A stretch of 64,000 bases of DNA, taken from the NCBI GenBank assembly GCA_030697645.1, contig JAUYPI010000015.1, positions 15,583 to 79,582 of the forward strand. Direction: 5' to 3'. The DNA is from a bacterium. GTDB taxonomy: Bacteria > Patescibacteriota > Minisyncoccia > Phycocordibacterales > VMGT01. The translations under genes were made by a program, and so were the position numbers. Under the pieces are notes generated by a model. That model was not told the DNA's origin. It worked only from the letters and a program-made list of their open reading frames with translations, and searched no databases. Shown piece by piece: positions 25,712 through 35,351 of the stretch (position 1 is its first letter; every line of letters begins with the position of its first letter).

Positions 25712-27766
25712 ATGTTACGACATTATGTAGCGACTGTTTTGGTTGTAGTGATGGCGCTTGTTGCGCCATTGCAATCGGCTCTCGCGGGCCATCTCACCGG
25801 TACTCCGGCAACGTACACGCTCGATGCAGACTTCGACGAGGGCACCCTCGTGAACGTCAACCATACTGATGTGACTGATCAACTTCAGCTCAACAGTGTA
25901 GCTAAGCCATTTGGTTTCATTTGGATCGCCGCATCCGATCGTGGAACGGTGATCAAGATTAACACAGTGACTGGCGCAATTCTCGGCGAATATCGGACTG
26001 CACCTGCAGGCCGCGCGCTTAACCCGTCTCGGACTACCGTTGACAGCAATGGCAGTGTCTGGGCAACAAACCGCAACGAAGGCGACTTTGTCGCAGCCAA
26101 CGCCATTTCACCAGGTATTCCAGCCGCAGGTGGCGGCATGGGTTCTGTCGTCCACATCGGCCTTGAAGAAAACGGGCAGTGTGTGGATCGAAACGGCAAT
26201 GCTGTTATTGATACGTCCGCGGGACTTGGCGATATTAAGCCATGGCTAAACGGCGGCGGTGTTGATAATCTTGGCGGTGTCTCAACCGCCGAGGACGAGT
26301 GTATTATTCACTACACGCGTGTCAACTCAACCTTTTCCCGGCATGTGTCTGTTAATACCAGCAACAATGTGTGGGTCTCTGGCATCGGGGATCGGAACTT
26401 CGACCTCGTTGACGGTGCGACTGGCATGATCATTAGTCAACAGCCATCCGTCGGCTTCGGGGGCTATGGCGGTTTGATTGACGGCGCAGGTGTTATCTGG
26501 TCTGCGCGGCCACTCCTGCGCTGGGATACGGCGCTTCCTTTAGTGGGGCCAAATGGGGATCCTGCGGGATTTAGCATCGGTCCGCCAGCGCCTGCAACCA
26601 ATTGGTCCGGCCAAGGTGCGCCTGATAGTTATGGGCTCTGCATTGACCCATCTGGCAATGTCTGGAATACGCGCTTGTTCGGAAATGCGATTGACAAGTA
26701 CGCGCCGGACGGCACACACCTCGGCACATTTGCCCATGGAAATGGTGAAGCGCAGGGCTGTGTCGCAGACACGAGTGGCCATATCTGGGTTGCACATTCT
26801 TTATTCGGTGCGACCACTGTTGGTCATTTACTGAATGACGGCACCTACGTGGGGAACGTGCCTCTTCCGGGAGGTGTCGGCCCAACTGGTCTTGCCGTGG
26901 ATGCGGCTGGAAAAATTTGGTCTGCTAATATTAGCTCCAATAACGCCTCACGGATTGATCCCTCGTTGGGACCTATCGGTGGAGGCGGAGTTCCTGTCGG
27001 TGCCGTAGACATGACGGTCGCGCTCGGTGCGGGCGCAGGTCCGTATAATTATTCCGACATGACCGGCAGCACCCTGATTGCTGCGCCGAACAATGGCACA
27101 TGGACGATCGTTCATGATAGCGGTGTCGTCGGGCAAGAGTGGGGCAAGGTGAGCTGGACTGCTTCCACGCCGTCCGATAGCATGCTGACGGTGACGGTTG
27201 CGAGTAGTGGCGACGGTTTGATCTTTGGACCTCCGGAAGCCGCGACGAATGGCGGCGATCTGTCGGTCGCGAACGGACAGTATGTGAAGGTGGTCGTGAG
27301 CTTTACGCGCGCGACGACCGGCGAGAGTCCTATCTTGTATGACTTAAGTCTCTCAACGAACGAAGCTCCCGACTGCGACGGTGCCTATGCGGACCCAGGC
27401 GTAATCTGGCCGCCGAATCACAAAATGGTGCCGCTTACAATAAGCGGCGTGACGGATCCTGATGGCGATCCGGTCGTGATCATAGTGACAGGTATCATGC
27501 AGGACGAGCCGACGAACACGCTTGGCGATGGCAACACCGAAGTTGATGGCGCTATTGACATGAGTGGCATGGCTTCTGTTCGTGCCGAACGCACCGGAAC
27601 CCCCAAAGTACCGGGTGACGGACGAGTCTACCATGTGACCTTCGAAGCTGATGATGGCAATGGTGGAAAATGCTCCGGTGTTGCACGGGTCTGCGTACCC
27701 CACGACATGGGACAGGGCAGCGTCTGTGTAGACGGCGGACCGCTGTATGACTCGCTCATGCCATAA
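25712..27766 (+). CDS. Secreted protein: signal peptide, beta-propeller-like repeat region, shared C-terminal domain
   Basis: Signal peptide MLRHYVATVLVVVMALVAPLQSALA. Repeated G-x-h-W-x-x-N blades (NGSVWATN, SGNVWNTR, SGHIWVAH, AGKIWSAN) resembling NHL / SMP-30-type propellers. The final ~130 aa are paralogous to 23903..25276, and the last 25 aa are identical. Confidence 0.6.
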   Translation: MLRHYVATVLVVVMALVAPLQSALAGHLTGTPATYTLDADFDEGTLVNVNHTDVTDQLQLNSVAKPFGFIWIAASDRGTVIKINTVTGAILGEYRTAPAGRALNPSRTTVDSNGSVWATNRNEGDFVAANAISPGIPAAGGGMGSVVHIGLEENGQCVDRNGNAVIDTSAGLGDIKPWLNGGGVDNLGGVSTAEDECIIHYTRVNSTFSRHVSVNTSNNVWVSGIGDRNFDLVDGATGMIISQQPSVGFGGYGGLIDGAGVIWSARPLLRWDTALPLVGPNGDPAGFSIGPPAPATNWSGQGAPDSYGLCIDPSGNVWNTRLFGNAIDKYAPDGTHLGTFAHGNGEAQGCVADTSGHIWVAHSLFGATTVGHLLNDGTYVGNVPLPGGVGPTGLAVDAAGKIWSANISSNNASRIDPSLGPIGGGGVPVGAVDMTVALGAGAGPYNYSDMTGSTLIAAPNNGTWTIVHDSGVVGQEWGKVSWTASTPSDSMLTVTVASSGDGLIFGPPEAATNGGDLSVANGQYVKVVVSFTRATTGESPILYDLSLSTNEAPDCDGAYADPGVIWPPNHKMVPLTISGVTDPDGDPVVIIVTGIMQDEPTNTLGDGNTEVDGAIDMSGMASVRAERTGTPKVPGDGRVYHVTFEADDGNGGKCSGVARVCVPHDMGQGSVCVDGGPLYDSLMP

Positions 27767-27821
27767 GTAGTTACCCTCCTTCCGTAATTTTGCGAGGCCG
27801 CTTCATCTTCTGATGCGTGCC

Positions 27822-27860
27822 ACGGCCCGAGCTATTACCTTGCTCGGGCCGTTTCCTTTT
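27822..27860 (+). terminator. Intrinsic terminator of duplicated unit 2
   Basis: ggcccgagc-tattacctt-gctcgggcc plus gtttccttttg. Confidence 0.55.
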
Positions 27861-27985
27861 GTAAAAGTGGACATCTAAAAGTGGACATCGGATGTCCACC
27901 AAATGTCCACCAATTTATTCAAAGCGTAAAAAATCCGGGCAACCACGGCTGTGGTTGCCCGGATTCTCCTTGCCCGCGATCGTTT

Positions 27986-28228
27986 TTAAATGATCCCCGC
28001 CTTTTTCAGTGTTGCGTAGGCACCATTTCTATTGATGGTTTTGATCGCGCGCGTGGAGAGCTCGAGGCGCACGGTTCTGCCGAGCTCCGGCACAAAAAAT
28101 CTTTTCTTCTGCAGATTCGGCTGTCGGCGGCGTTTGCCCGTCGGGTTGAACTGCGTCGCGCGTGTGCGGTTCGAATATCCGCCGCCGACTTGTGAAGATT
28201 TATGGGTAATGGGACACGATCTTGCCAT
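27986..28228 (-). CDS. rpmB: 50S ribosomal protein L28
   Basis: The 80-aa product MARSCPITHKSSQVGGGYSNRTRATQFNPTGKRRRQPNLQKKRFFVPELGRTVRLELSTRAIKTI matches the L28 pattern (M.R.C..TGK....GN..SHA.N.TKRRF.PNL). The ORF track extends it spuriously to 28468. Confidence 0.8.
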   Translation of the reverse strand: MARSCPITHKSSQVGGGYSNRTRATQFNPTGKRRRQPNLQKKRFFVPELGRTVRLELSTRAIKTINRNGAYATLKKAGII

Positions 28229-28277
28229 ATGATTTTCGCATACTATCACGACAGATACCACTATGCAATTCGTTTTT

Positions 28278-29222
28278 TTAACGGGCCCTAAGATAGACGT
28301 AGATGTCTTCAAGCGCGCGGACGGCGTCGCCGACCGCGATGTTGTTCTGATGGTAGCGCACATTCGTGCAGTCGCCTGCGGCCCAGAGACCCTCGACTGA
28401 CGTGCGTTGTGTCCAGGGGTCAATCTCGATCTGGTTGTACTGATTGAGCGCGAGGAGACCTTCGACAAAGTTGGTTGTTGGCACGAGGCCGATCTCGACG
28501 AAGATGCCCTGCGTCGGATGCTCGCGCACCTCGTCGCTCGATCGGTCTTTGTATATGAGCGATGTCACAAATTGCTCCCCTTTAACTTCAAGGAGCTCGG
28601 CGTTGCTGATTGCTTTCATTTTTGGGTCTTTGAGTACGGCCTTGACGGTAACCGGATCCGCCTTGAACTGCGGCGAGTAGTCGAGGAGTGTCACGCTTTT
28701 GGCATAGGCGAGAAGCTGCGCTGCGGTCTCAAATCCGGCGTTGCCGCCGCCGACGACGGCGACGTCTTTCCCCGCAAAGAGCGGTCCATCGCAGGAGGCG
28801 CAGTAGGTGATGCCCTTATGCTCGAAGCGATCCGCTCCGGGCACCGTGAGGCGGCGGCGGGCGCTTCCGGTCGTGATGAGCACGGTGCGCGCCTCGTAGG
28901 AGCTCTTCTCGGTGAGCACGGCAAAATCGTTTTCCCGTTTTTCAACTTTTGTTACTCTCTCGCTGGCCTTGATCTCGATAAACTCGCCTGCATACGTGCG
29001 CAGATGCTTCTCGAGCATCGCGGCTAGCTCGACGCCAGTTACCGAGGGCGTCCCAATCCAATTCTGCACGTCCGTGGAGACCACGCTCTGGCCGCCGAAG
29101 GGAAGCTGGTTCGGCATGGCAGCGGTGAGGAGTGCGGTCTTAAGCTGCTTTCGAGCGGCGTACACCCCTGCCCCTACTCCCGCAGGACCGCCGCCGATGA
29201 TGATGAGATCGTACATGTCCAT
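28278..29222 (-). CDS. trxB: Thioredoxin-disulfide reductase
   Basis: FAD motif IIGGGPAGVGAG, redox-active CASCDG, and NADPH motif VAVVGGGNAGFETA. 314 aa. Confidence 0.85.
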   Translation of the reverse strand: MDMYDLIIIGGGPAGVGAGVYAARKQLKTALLTAAMPNQLPFGGQSVVSTDVQNWIGTPSVTGVELAAMLEKHLRTYAGEFIEIKASERVTKVEKRENDFAVLTEKSSYEARTVLITTGSARRRLTVPGADRFEHKGITYCASCDGPLFAGKDVAVVGGGNAGFETAAQLLAYAKSVTLLDYSPQFKADPVTVKAVLKDPKMKAISNAELLEVKGEQFVTSLIYKDRSSDEVREHPTQGIFVEIGLVPTTNFVEGLLALNQYNQIEIDPWTQRTSVEGLWAAGDCTNVRYHQNNIAVGDAVRALEDIYVYLRAR

Positions 29223-29376
29223 AAGTATAGCAGAGAGAAGTCATAGGAAAGTAGTATTGACCTACCGACCTCGCCCTGTTAAAGATTAAGAGCAGAAGTG
29301 TTCATGCGAAAGACACCCTCTGCCCGGAACGATTATGATCTTTGCCTTGATTTTTCAAGGATAGAGGAGATGATAC

Positions 29377-30441
29377 ATGACTGCGCCTTCTGTGTTTAGC
29401 CACGATGATGAGGGTGTGAAAGAGGAAGAAGCAGGTGACGGAGAAGAAGTTTCTTCTATTGAAGAGAGTTTTCTATTGGAGGACCTCGACGAGCAGTTTT
29501 TTGAGACCACCGAAGAGGAGGATGCGGAAGAGGAAGCTTCAGAGTGGCTGACGGACCAGGACTCTCGAGTGGCCGAAGCGAAGGGCGTGGTTGACTTCCA
29601 TGAGGTAGGACTCGTTGCTGGATGGTTTCAAACGATTTGTTCTATTCCACTCCTCGATCGCGCGGGCGAGGTCGCTCTTGCGAAACGCATAGAGGAGGCA
29701 GAGACAGAAGCCGAGCGCGATGCAGCAAAGAAGGAGATGATTGAGGCAAACCTGCGCCTGGTGGCGAGTATCGCAAGGAAGTACACCTACAGTTTCGGAC
29801 TGTCGTTCTTGGATAGTATCCAAGAAGGCAACATCGGGCTTATGCGCGCTGTCGAGAAGTTTGATTATCGTCGCGGATTCAAATTTAGCACCTACGCAAT
29901 CTGGTGGATTCGGGATGCGATCCTGCGCGCGATTGTTGACCAAGGCAGGGCAATCCGTATTCCCGTGCATGTCGCAGAGGTTGTCCAAAAAGTACAGCAA
30001 TCTCGCGAGAAACTTGAGGCACTCCACGCTCGTTTACCAACCGCAGAAGCGATTGCTGTGGATACGGAGTTGGACGTCGGACGGGTGCGGCGTGCCTTGC
30101 ATCTTCCGTTGGTCGGCTCACTTGAGCGACGTATAGGCGATGGCGATATCGAGTTCGGCGCGCTGCTCGAGGATAAGAATGCTCCTTCTCCCGTCGACGA
30201 CGCTGTTAAGGAGGATTTGGCGCAAAAAATTAAGGATGTTCTTTCTACGTTAACCCCGCGGGAGGAAAAAATTCTCCAGTTGAGATTCGGCCTCAATGGT
30301 GAGAAGCCGCATACGCTTGAGGAAATCGGACAAATGTTCGGCGTAACTCGCGAGCGGATCCGGCAGCTCGAAGCGCAAGCCCTGAGAAAGCTCCGACACC
30401 CCGCCAAGAGCAGGGTATTACGTGAGTTCCTAGAGGAGTGA
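29377..30441 (+). CDS. RNA polymerase sigma-70 family factor (RpoD/SigA-like) with acidic N-terminal region
   Basis: Region 2 ([35 protein letters not shown]), region 3, and the region 4 HTH ([15 protein letters not shown]...[28 protein letters not shown]). Confidence 0.8.
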   Translation: MTAPSVFSHDDEGVKEEEAGDGEEVSSIEESFLLEDLDEQFFETTEEEDAEEEASEWLTDQDSRVAEAKGVVDFHEVGLVAGWFQTICSIPLLDRAGEVALAKRIEEAETEAERDAAKKEMIEANLRLVASIARKYTYSFGLSFLDSIQEGNIGLMRAVEKFDYRRGFKFSTYAIWWIRDAILRAIVDQGRAIRIPVHVAEVVQKVQQSREKLEALHARLPTAEAIAVDTELDVGRVRRALHLPLVGSLERRIGDGDIEFGALLEDKNAPSPVDDAVKEDLAQKIKDVLSTLTPREEKILQLRFGLNGEKPHTLEEIGQMFGVTRERIRQLEAQALRKLRHPAKSRVLREFLEE

Positions 30442-30521
30442 TTCGCGGCACCGGCCACCAATGGGCTCGTGCCGCGTTTTTTTACCCGGCACCTTGAGGG
30501 AGAGGTGCCGGGTGCGCTAGT

Positions 30522-30971
30522 ATGGACGCTATGCATCTCGAACTGACACAAAATCAATACGATGCGCTGATAAAGCTCGTTGCGCTTGGTAACTGGACGG
30601 CAAATGCTCACCGAGACGAGAACGAGCGGATTGTCGCCTTCGACGAGCTTGAGCGGCATGTCCGTGCTGCGGCGGCGGCTGGTCGCGGTGATGGCACGAT
30701 TGCGCAAGACGCTGAGACCGGCGCCTACTACGCCACCTGGGAGGCGGACGACGATCCGGTTGTGGGCAAACTTATTGACGAGTATGACAACGATACGTTT
30801 TGGGATGAGCTGCTACACCGCCTCGTCGAGCGAGACCTCGAGCGCGCGTACGGGCATGACATTCTCCACGATCCAGAGCACCGCGCGACGCTCGAAGAGC
30901 CGTTTGTCTCTCGGTGGGATGACGAGTTGACGAATTATGGAATCGGGAGGCTCGAGGTGGGGGAGGCGTGA
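30522..30971 (+). CDS. Hypothetical acidic protein
   Basis: 149-aa ORF with no recognisable domain. Confidence 0.3.
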   Translation: MDAMHLELTQNQYDALIKLVALGNWTANAHRDENERIVAFDELERHVRAAAAAGRGDGTIAQDAETGAYYATWEADDDPVVGKLIDEYDNDTFWDELLHRLVERDLERAYGHDILHDPEHRATLEEPFVSRWDDELTNYGIGRLEVGEA

Positions 30972-30974
30972 AGT

Positions 30975-31191
30975 GCCAAGCGGAAAACGCAAAACGAAAA
31001 ACAACAGTGCAAAGCGCAAAAAATTTCCAATTTCCAAAAAACAATTTCCAAACGAATCTCAAATCTCAAGTTCCAAATCACAAACGTTCGTGTTTGGAAC
31101 TTGAACTTTGAATCATTGGAATTTGTTTGGAGCTTGTTTTTTGGAGCTTGAAATTTTATTCTGTTGTTTTGCGCTTTTCGTTTTGCGCTGC
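30975..31191. repeat. Composite hairpin-array element (outer GCAAAACGAAAA / inner ATTTCCAA, core CAAACGTTCGTGTTTGG)
   Basis: Same nested architecture as 8740..8927 and 54286..54520. Ends at the ATG (31194) of the next gene. Confidence 0.75.
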
Positions 31192-31193
31192 AT

Positions 31194-32306
31194 ATGAGCC
31201 GTATGAAATCGTTTTTTGGCACTCTTGCGCGCAGATTTTCTCGAGCGACTCGTTTCTTCAGCGCACATTTCTCGACGCTTGCCCTCCTCGCGGGTTTTGT
31301 GTGGGACAATCTGACGCTCACGCGCGTTGATCTGTGGCTGAATCATATCGGCCTCCTGATCTACCTCGCGCTTGCTGGCGTCGGGATCATTCTGATCAAC
31401 GCCTCACGCGCATCGCAGCCCGCCTGCCTCACCCGCTACGCCTTCTGGTATCCGATTGCCGTGCAGTTTGCCTTCGGTGGCCTGTTTAGCGGCTATTTTG
31501 TATTTTACTCGCGGAGCGGCTCGCTCCCGGCAAGCTGGCCGTTTCTTTTTTTCCTTGCGGCGATTCTCGTCAGTAATGAATTCCTCCGCGAGCGCTACCA
31601 TCGCTTGCTGCTTCAGGTCGGCATCTTGTACATAGCCCTGTTCTCTTACGCGATCTTCGCCGTGCCGGTCGTACTTCGCTCGGTCGGCACCGGCGTTTTT
31701 CTTCTCTCGGGGCTCGTGAGCCTTGCTATGGCGGCATTTTTTCTCGCGCTTCTCTCGCTCGTGCTCACGGAGCGATTTCGCGCACTGGTGCGCCGTGTTG
31801 CGATTTTGATTATCGCGATCTACGCGCTCTTCAACGCCTTCTATTTTTTAAACGTCATCCCGCCGCTTCCGCTCTCACTCAAAGACATCGGCGTCTATCA
31901 CCGCGTCGAGAAGACGGATGGTGGAGGATACCGCGTGCTCGCCGAGGCACCACGGAGAGCATGGCTGCCGTGGCCGCGGCATGATCGGACGCTCTATCTC
32001 GCCCCCGGCGGTACACTCTACTGCTTCAGCTCGGTATTCGCGCCGACAGCGATAACGACGCGCATCTTTCACAGTTGGGAATACAAAGACGCGAGGACAG
32101 GGAAATGGGCGCAAGCGACGCGCGTGCCGTTCTCGATCACCGGTGGGCGCGACGGCGGCTACCGCGGCTTCTCATTTAAGAGTGCGCTCTTCCCAGGTCA
32201 TTGGCGCTGCGACGTCGAGACCGAGCGCGGCGCGCTCATCGGACGGCGGACATTTCGCATCGTCGAGACCGACACACTGCCGAAACTCGTCGAGCGCGAG
32301 GAGTGA
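31194..32306 (+). CDS. Hypothetical polytopic membrane protein with C-terminal extracytoplasmic domain
   Basis: About 8 predicted TM helices followed by a ~150-aa soluble tail. No recognisable family. Confidence 0.4.
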   Translation: MSRMKSFFGTLARRFSRATRFFSAHFSTLALLAGFVWDNLTLTRVDLWLNHIGLLIYLALAGVGIILINASRASQPACLTRYAFWYPIAVQFAFGGLFSGYFVFYSRSGSLPASWPFLFFLAAILVSNEFLRERYHRLLLQVGILYIALFSYAIFAVPVVLRSVGTGVFLLSGLVSLAMAAFFLALLSLVLTERFRALVRRVAILIIAIYALFNAFYFLNVIPPLPLSLKDIGVYHRVEKTDGGGYRVLAEAPRRAWLPWPRHDRTLYLAPGGTLYCFSSVFAPTAITTRIFHSWEYKDARTGKWAQATRVPFSITGGRDGGYRGFSFKSALFPGHWRCDVETERGALIGRRTFRIVETDTLPKLVEREE

Positions 32307-32396
32307 GGGGCAGCAGCGAGGAGCGAGGAAGGCGCGAGGAGGTTTCCCCGTCGTCATAATAACCTGACGGTCGCAATTTTATTATGACGGGGGATA

Positions 32397-32636
32397 ATGG
32401 CTGGCGGCACGGTCCACGATGTACAAATCAACCAAAAAGCGTATAGTGTCTCTATGGCACACACCGTTAAAGACAAGGATATACAATTCGCAAAGAAGTT
32501 GGCAAAGTATGCCGAGAAATGGGTGGCGCTCGAGGTGAAAGAAAAACGTATTATTGCGTCTGGGGTAACCCTTCGAGAGGTACAGGCGAAGCTCGGCCGA
32601 AAAAAAGAGCGGGGGTTACGTTTTCCATTTGGTTGA
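32397..32636 (+). CDS. Small hypothetical protein (79 aa), antitoxin-like size
   Basis: Sits in a locally AT-rich patch, preceded by hairpin cgtcataataa...ttattatgacg and followed by terminator hairpin caccccgagtgaaaacactcggggtg at 32823..32848. Segment KWVALEVKEKRIIASGVTLREV. Confidence 0.3.
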   Translation: MAGGTVHDVQINQKAYSVSMAHTVKDKDIQFAKKLAKYAEKWVALEVKEKRIIASGVTLREVQAKLGRKKERGLRFPFG

Positions 32637-32969
32637 GAAGTACCCCCTCGCGCTGGGTCATCTGCGACCACTGCAAGCCGCTCTTCGGGAAGTATAAAAA
32701 TCAGTTTGCAGTGATGGCGAAGTAGGCCAGGACAACGAGCCTGAACAACTCGACATAATGCGCCAGAAAAACGTGCGGCGAAGTTTAGTACAACCAGAGC
32801 GACTGATCAAAATAAAAATCACCCCGAGTGAAAACACTCGGGGTGATACGATGAATTGCGCTACTCCTTTACAGGCCGACATGCCTACTTCGTTTCTCAT
32901 TCGGCCCGCATTTTGGCGTTGATTTGCTCGATGTGATCTCTCACGCTTAATTTATATTTTGTCAAATTT

Positions 32970-33590
32970 TTGCGCCAGAGGGCAATTGTGCGTATAGTGG
33001 TGATGATGTCAGGGATCGGGGCTATAGCAAAGAAGGCGGCTCTCGCGTGCGCGAGGCGCGCCACGGAGCTTGAGGCCGCACGGCGTCGTGCGAATACTGC
33101 CCGCACGGCCGCAAAGCGCGCCGTTGCGCTAGTGCGGCATGGCGATGCGGAGAGCGCAGGCGGGCTCATCTCAGCTGCGGAGAAAGAACTTGAGGTACTC
33201 GCGCGACTCGCGCGCACGAACCCGCGCCTCCTTGCCGAGAGTTTTTATCGCGAGGCAGTTGAGGAGTATGTAGAGGCAAAAGCGCTCGCTGCTTTTGTGG
33301 CGCAGGGGCGATTTGTCTTGCCTACCGGAATCATTGTTGACCCTGAAGAGATGCTCGGCGGCCTTGCGGATGCAACGGGCGAGCTCGTGCGTCGGGCGGT
33401 GACGATTGCACATGAGAGCGGGGCACTCGCGGAGCTTGAGCTCTACCGTGCCGCCGCTGCCGCCCTCTCCCACGAACTTGCGGCAGTCTCCGAGGCCGGA
33501 AAACTCCGCCAGAAGCACGATGAGGTCGAGCGCAATCTCCACCGCCTCGAGCAGCTCATCTACGAAATAAAGGGGAGAGGGGAGGAGTGA
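32970..33590 (+). CDS. Translin-family protein
   Basis: All-helical, about 200 aa. EEMLGGLADATGELVRRAVT and KHDEVERNLHRLEQLIYEIKG resemble the translin motifs E.YL.GL..L.SEL.R.AV and KYD.KK.EE..YD..IRG. The family match is from memory. The likely start is ATG 33003. Confidence 0.5.
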   Translation: MRQRAIVRIVVMMSGIGAIAKKAALACARRATELEAARRRANTARTAAKRAVALVRHGDAESAGGLISAAEKELEVLARLARTNPRLLAESFYREAVEEYVEAKALAAFVAQGRFVLPTGIIVDPEEMLGGLADATGELVRRAVTIAHESGALAELELYRAAAAALSHELAAVSEAGKLRQKHDEVERNLHRLEQLIYEIKGRGEE

Positions 33591-33594
33591 GAAA

Positions 33595-33760
33595 ATTCGC
33601 CCCGAAAGCCCAAAACACAAATTACAAAACCCAAACAAAACACAAACGCACAAAATCAAAACTCGCGACGCGGAGGTTTATGCTTTTGTGTTTTGAATAC
33701 TGTGCTTTGTTTGGGTTTTGTGTCTTTGTGCTTTGTGCGTTTTATAGCTTAGGTCTTGTG
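33595..33760. repeat. Hairpin-array element (arm ACAAAA(C) / (G)TTTTGT variant)
   Basis: Direct arm copies caaaacacaaattacaaaacccaaacaaaacacaaacgcacaaaatcaaaa, core ctcgcgacgcggag, then inverted ttttgtgttttgaatactgtgctttgtttgggttttgtgtctttgtgctttgtg. Confidence 0.7.
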
Positions 33761-33796
33761 TTTTCGTGAGGCCTGTTTTGAATTTCGAGCTTCGTA

Positions 33797-34921
33797 ATGA
33801 TACGGGTTATGCGTCGTTTCCAATTTTCCACTTCCAACTCCCGATTTCTAAATACAGGCCGGATTCTCCCGTATGTGTTTCTCGTGGGCGGAGTTGTGCT
33901 TGCGGCGCTTGCCGTGCTGTTTTTTTCAGGCGGGGGAGGCGAGAGCGCGCCGGCTGATTCCGTTTCCGAGACTGGAGGCGAGACGGCCTCGGGTGCTCTC
34001 GATACTAGTCTCTGGGAGACATACCAGAGTGATGCATTCGGCTTTTCGATTAAGCATCCGGCGCACTGGGAGGTTCGCGTTTCAGAAGATGAGTTCACGC
34101 CAGCGATCAACATTTTCGACCCGGCAACCGCTGTGGGTGCCGCGTTTCCGCTGACTCATTTCTCCGAGGCGACGCATGTCTCTATGTACCCGCGCGGCAT
34201 CCCGACCGAAGGCGTGTTCAGCAATACGCGTGAGAGCGGCGTTCGTTTCGGTGAGAGCGTGCGCGTGGCGAACGATTTCCTGCTCGAGGATGGAAGCGCA
34301 TGGGCAACGGCCGCGAGCTTCGGCCGTATCGTGCCCGCCGGCTGGGACGAGGCCGGATTTCTGTGGGCGAAAGTAGTGATTGACAATCTCGACCTCACCT
34401 GTCGCCGGGGTGTGGAGACGGTGCCAGTAGACGTTTGCGATCCGCTCTCGGGTGACACACTCGTGCGCCGCGGCACAGTGAATGCACGTGTGCGTGCCAT
34501 TGAGGAGGCGATGCTCGCGTCGTTTCACTATCTTAATCGCGTGCGAGGAGGCACCGTGAGCACGAGCACCGATGCGACGAACCTCTCCGACGACCTTATT
34601 CGCGTCACCTCGCCCGAGCCCGGAGCCGTGATTACAAGTCCGCTCACCATTCGCGGTGAGGCGCGCGGCAATTGGTACTTTGAGGCAACATTTCCGGTCG
34701 TGCTCGTTGACTGGGACGGCCGGATCATCGCGGAGCACTATGCAGAAGCGAAAAGCGATTGGATGACCACCGACTTCGTGCCGTTTGAAGCGATGCTCGA
34801 GTTTGTGGTGCCGGACACCTCCGTGAGCGATCGCGGCGCGCTCATCCTTCGAAACGCCAACCCGTCCGGTCTTCCGGATTATGATGCGGCGATTGAAATC
34901 CCCGTTAGGTTTGTGCAGTGA
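33797..34921 (+). CDS. Hypothetical exported protein (N-terminal TM or signal anchor)
   Basis: ILPYVFLVGGVVLAALAVLFF followed by a Gly/Ser linker and a ~330-aa soluble domain. No recognisable family. Confidence 0.4.
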   Translation: MIRVMRRFQFSTSNSRFLNTGRILPYVFLVGGVVLAALAVLFFSGGGGESAPADSVSETGGETASGALDTSLWETYQSDAFGFSIKHPAHWEVRVSEDEFTPAINIFDPATAVGAAFPLTHFSEATHVSMYPRGIPTEGVFSNTRESGVRFGESVRVANDFLLEDGSAWATAASFGRIVPAGWDEAGFLWAKVVIDNLDLTCRRGVETVPVDVCDPLSGDTLVRRGTVNARVRAIEEAMLASFHYLNRVRGGTVSTSTDATNLSDDLIRVTSPEPGAVITSPLTIRGEARGNWYFEATFPVVLVDWDGRIIAEHYAEAKSDWMTTDFVPFEAMLEFVVPDTSVSDRGALILRNANPSGLPDYDAAIEIPVRFVQ

Positions 34922-34943
34922 TTAGGCCGGGCCATAGGATTGG

Positions 34944-35351
34944 TTGCGCTATTTGTGTAGCCGGGGTTTCGCAGCAAGCAGCAAGCGCCAAGCAATAAGC
35001 ACGGACGGTACATTTGTGTTTGCCGCTTGTTCGATGGTGCTTACTGCTCGGACAACTATGCACAAAGCCCTCCAGCTTCTCCGCCTCATCCCTCGCGGCA
35101 GAGTGGTGACCTACAAAGAGCTCGCGCGCGCCTGCGGCACCTCGCCGCGCGCCGTGGGACGGATACTTGCAGGGAATAAAGAGCCAGCGAAGTATCCTTG
35201 CTACAAAGTCGTCTCTTCGCGAGGCGCGCTCACGGGCTACAGCGCCCCGGGCGGCCTCACTCGTAAGCGCGAGCTCCTCGAGCGCGACGGCGCCACCTTC
35301 GCTCGAGACGGCCGCGTGCTGCCGGAGCATTTTTATCGTTTTGAAGAATGA
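34944..35351 (+). CDS. Methylated-DNA-protein-cysteine methyltransferase DNA-binding-domain protein (Ogt/MGMT C-terminal domain only)
   Basis: HTH VVTYKELARACG and active-site-like YPCYKVV (consensus PCHRV), with the Cys retained. The real start is probably internal (MHKALQLL, about 35058), giving about 98 aa. Confidence 0.5.
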   Translation: MRYLCSRGFAASSKRQAISTDGTFVFAACSMVLTARTTMHKALQLLRLIPRGRVVTYKELARACGTSPRAVGRILAGNKEPAKYPCYKVVSSRGALTGYSAPGGLTRKRELLERDGATFARDGRVLPEHFYRFEE

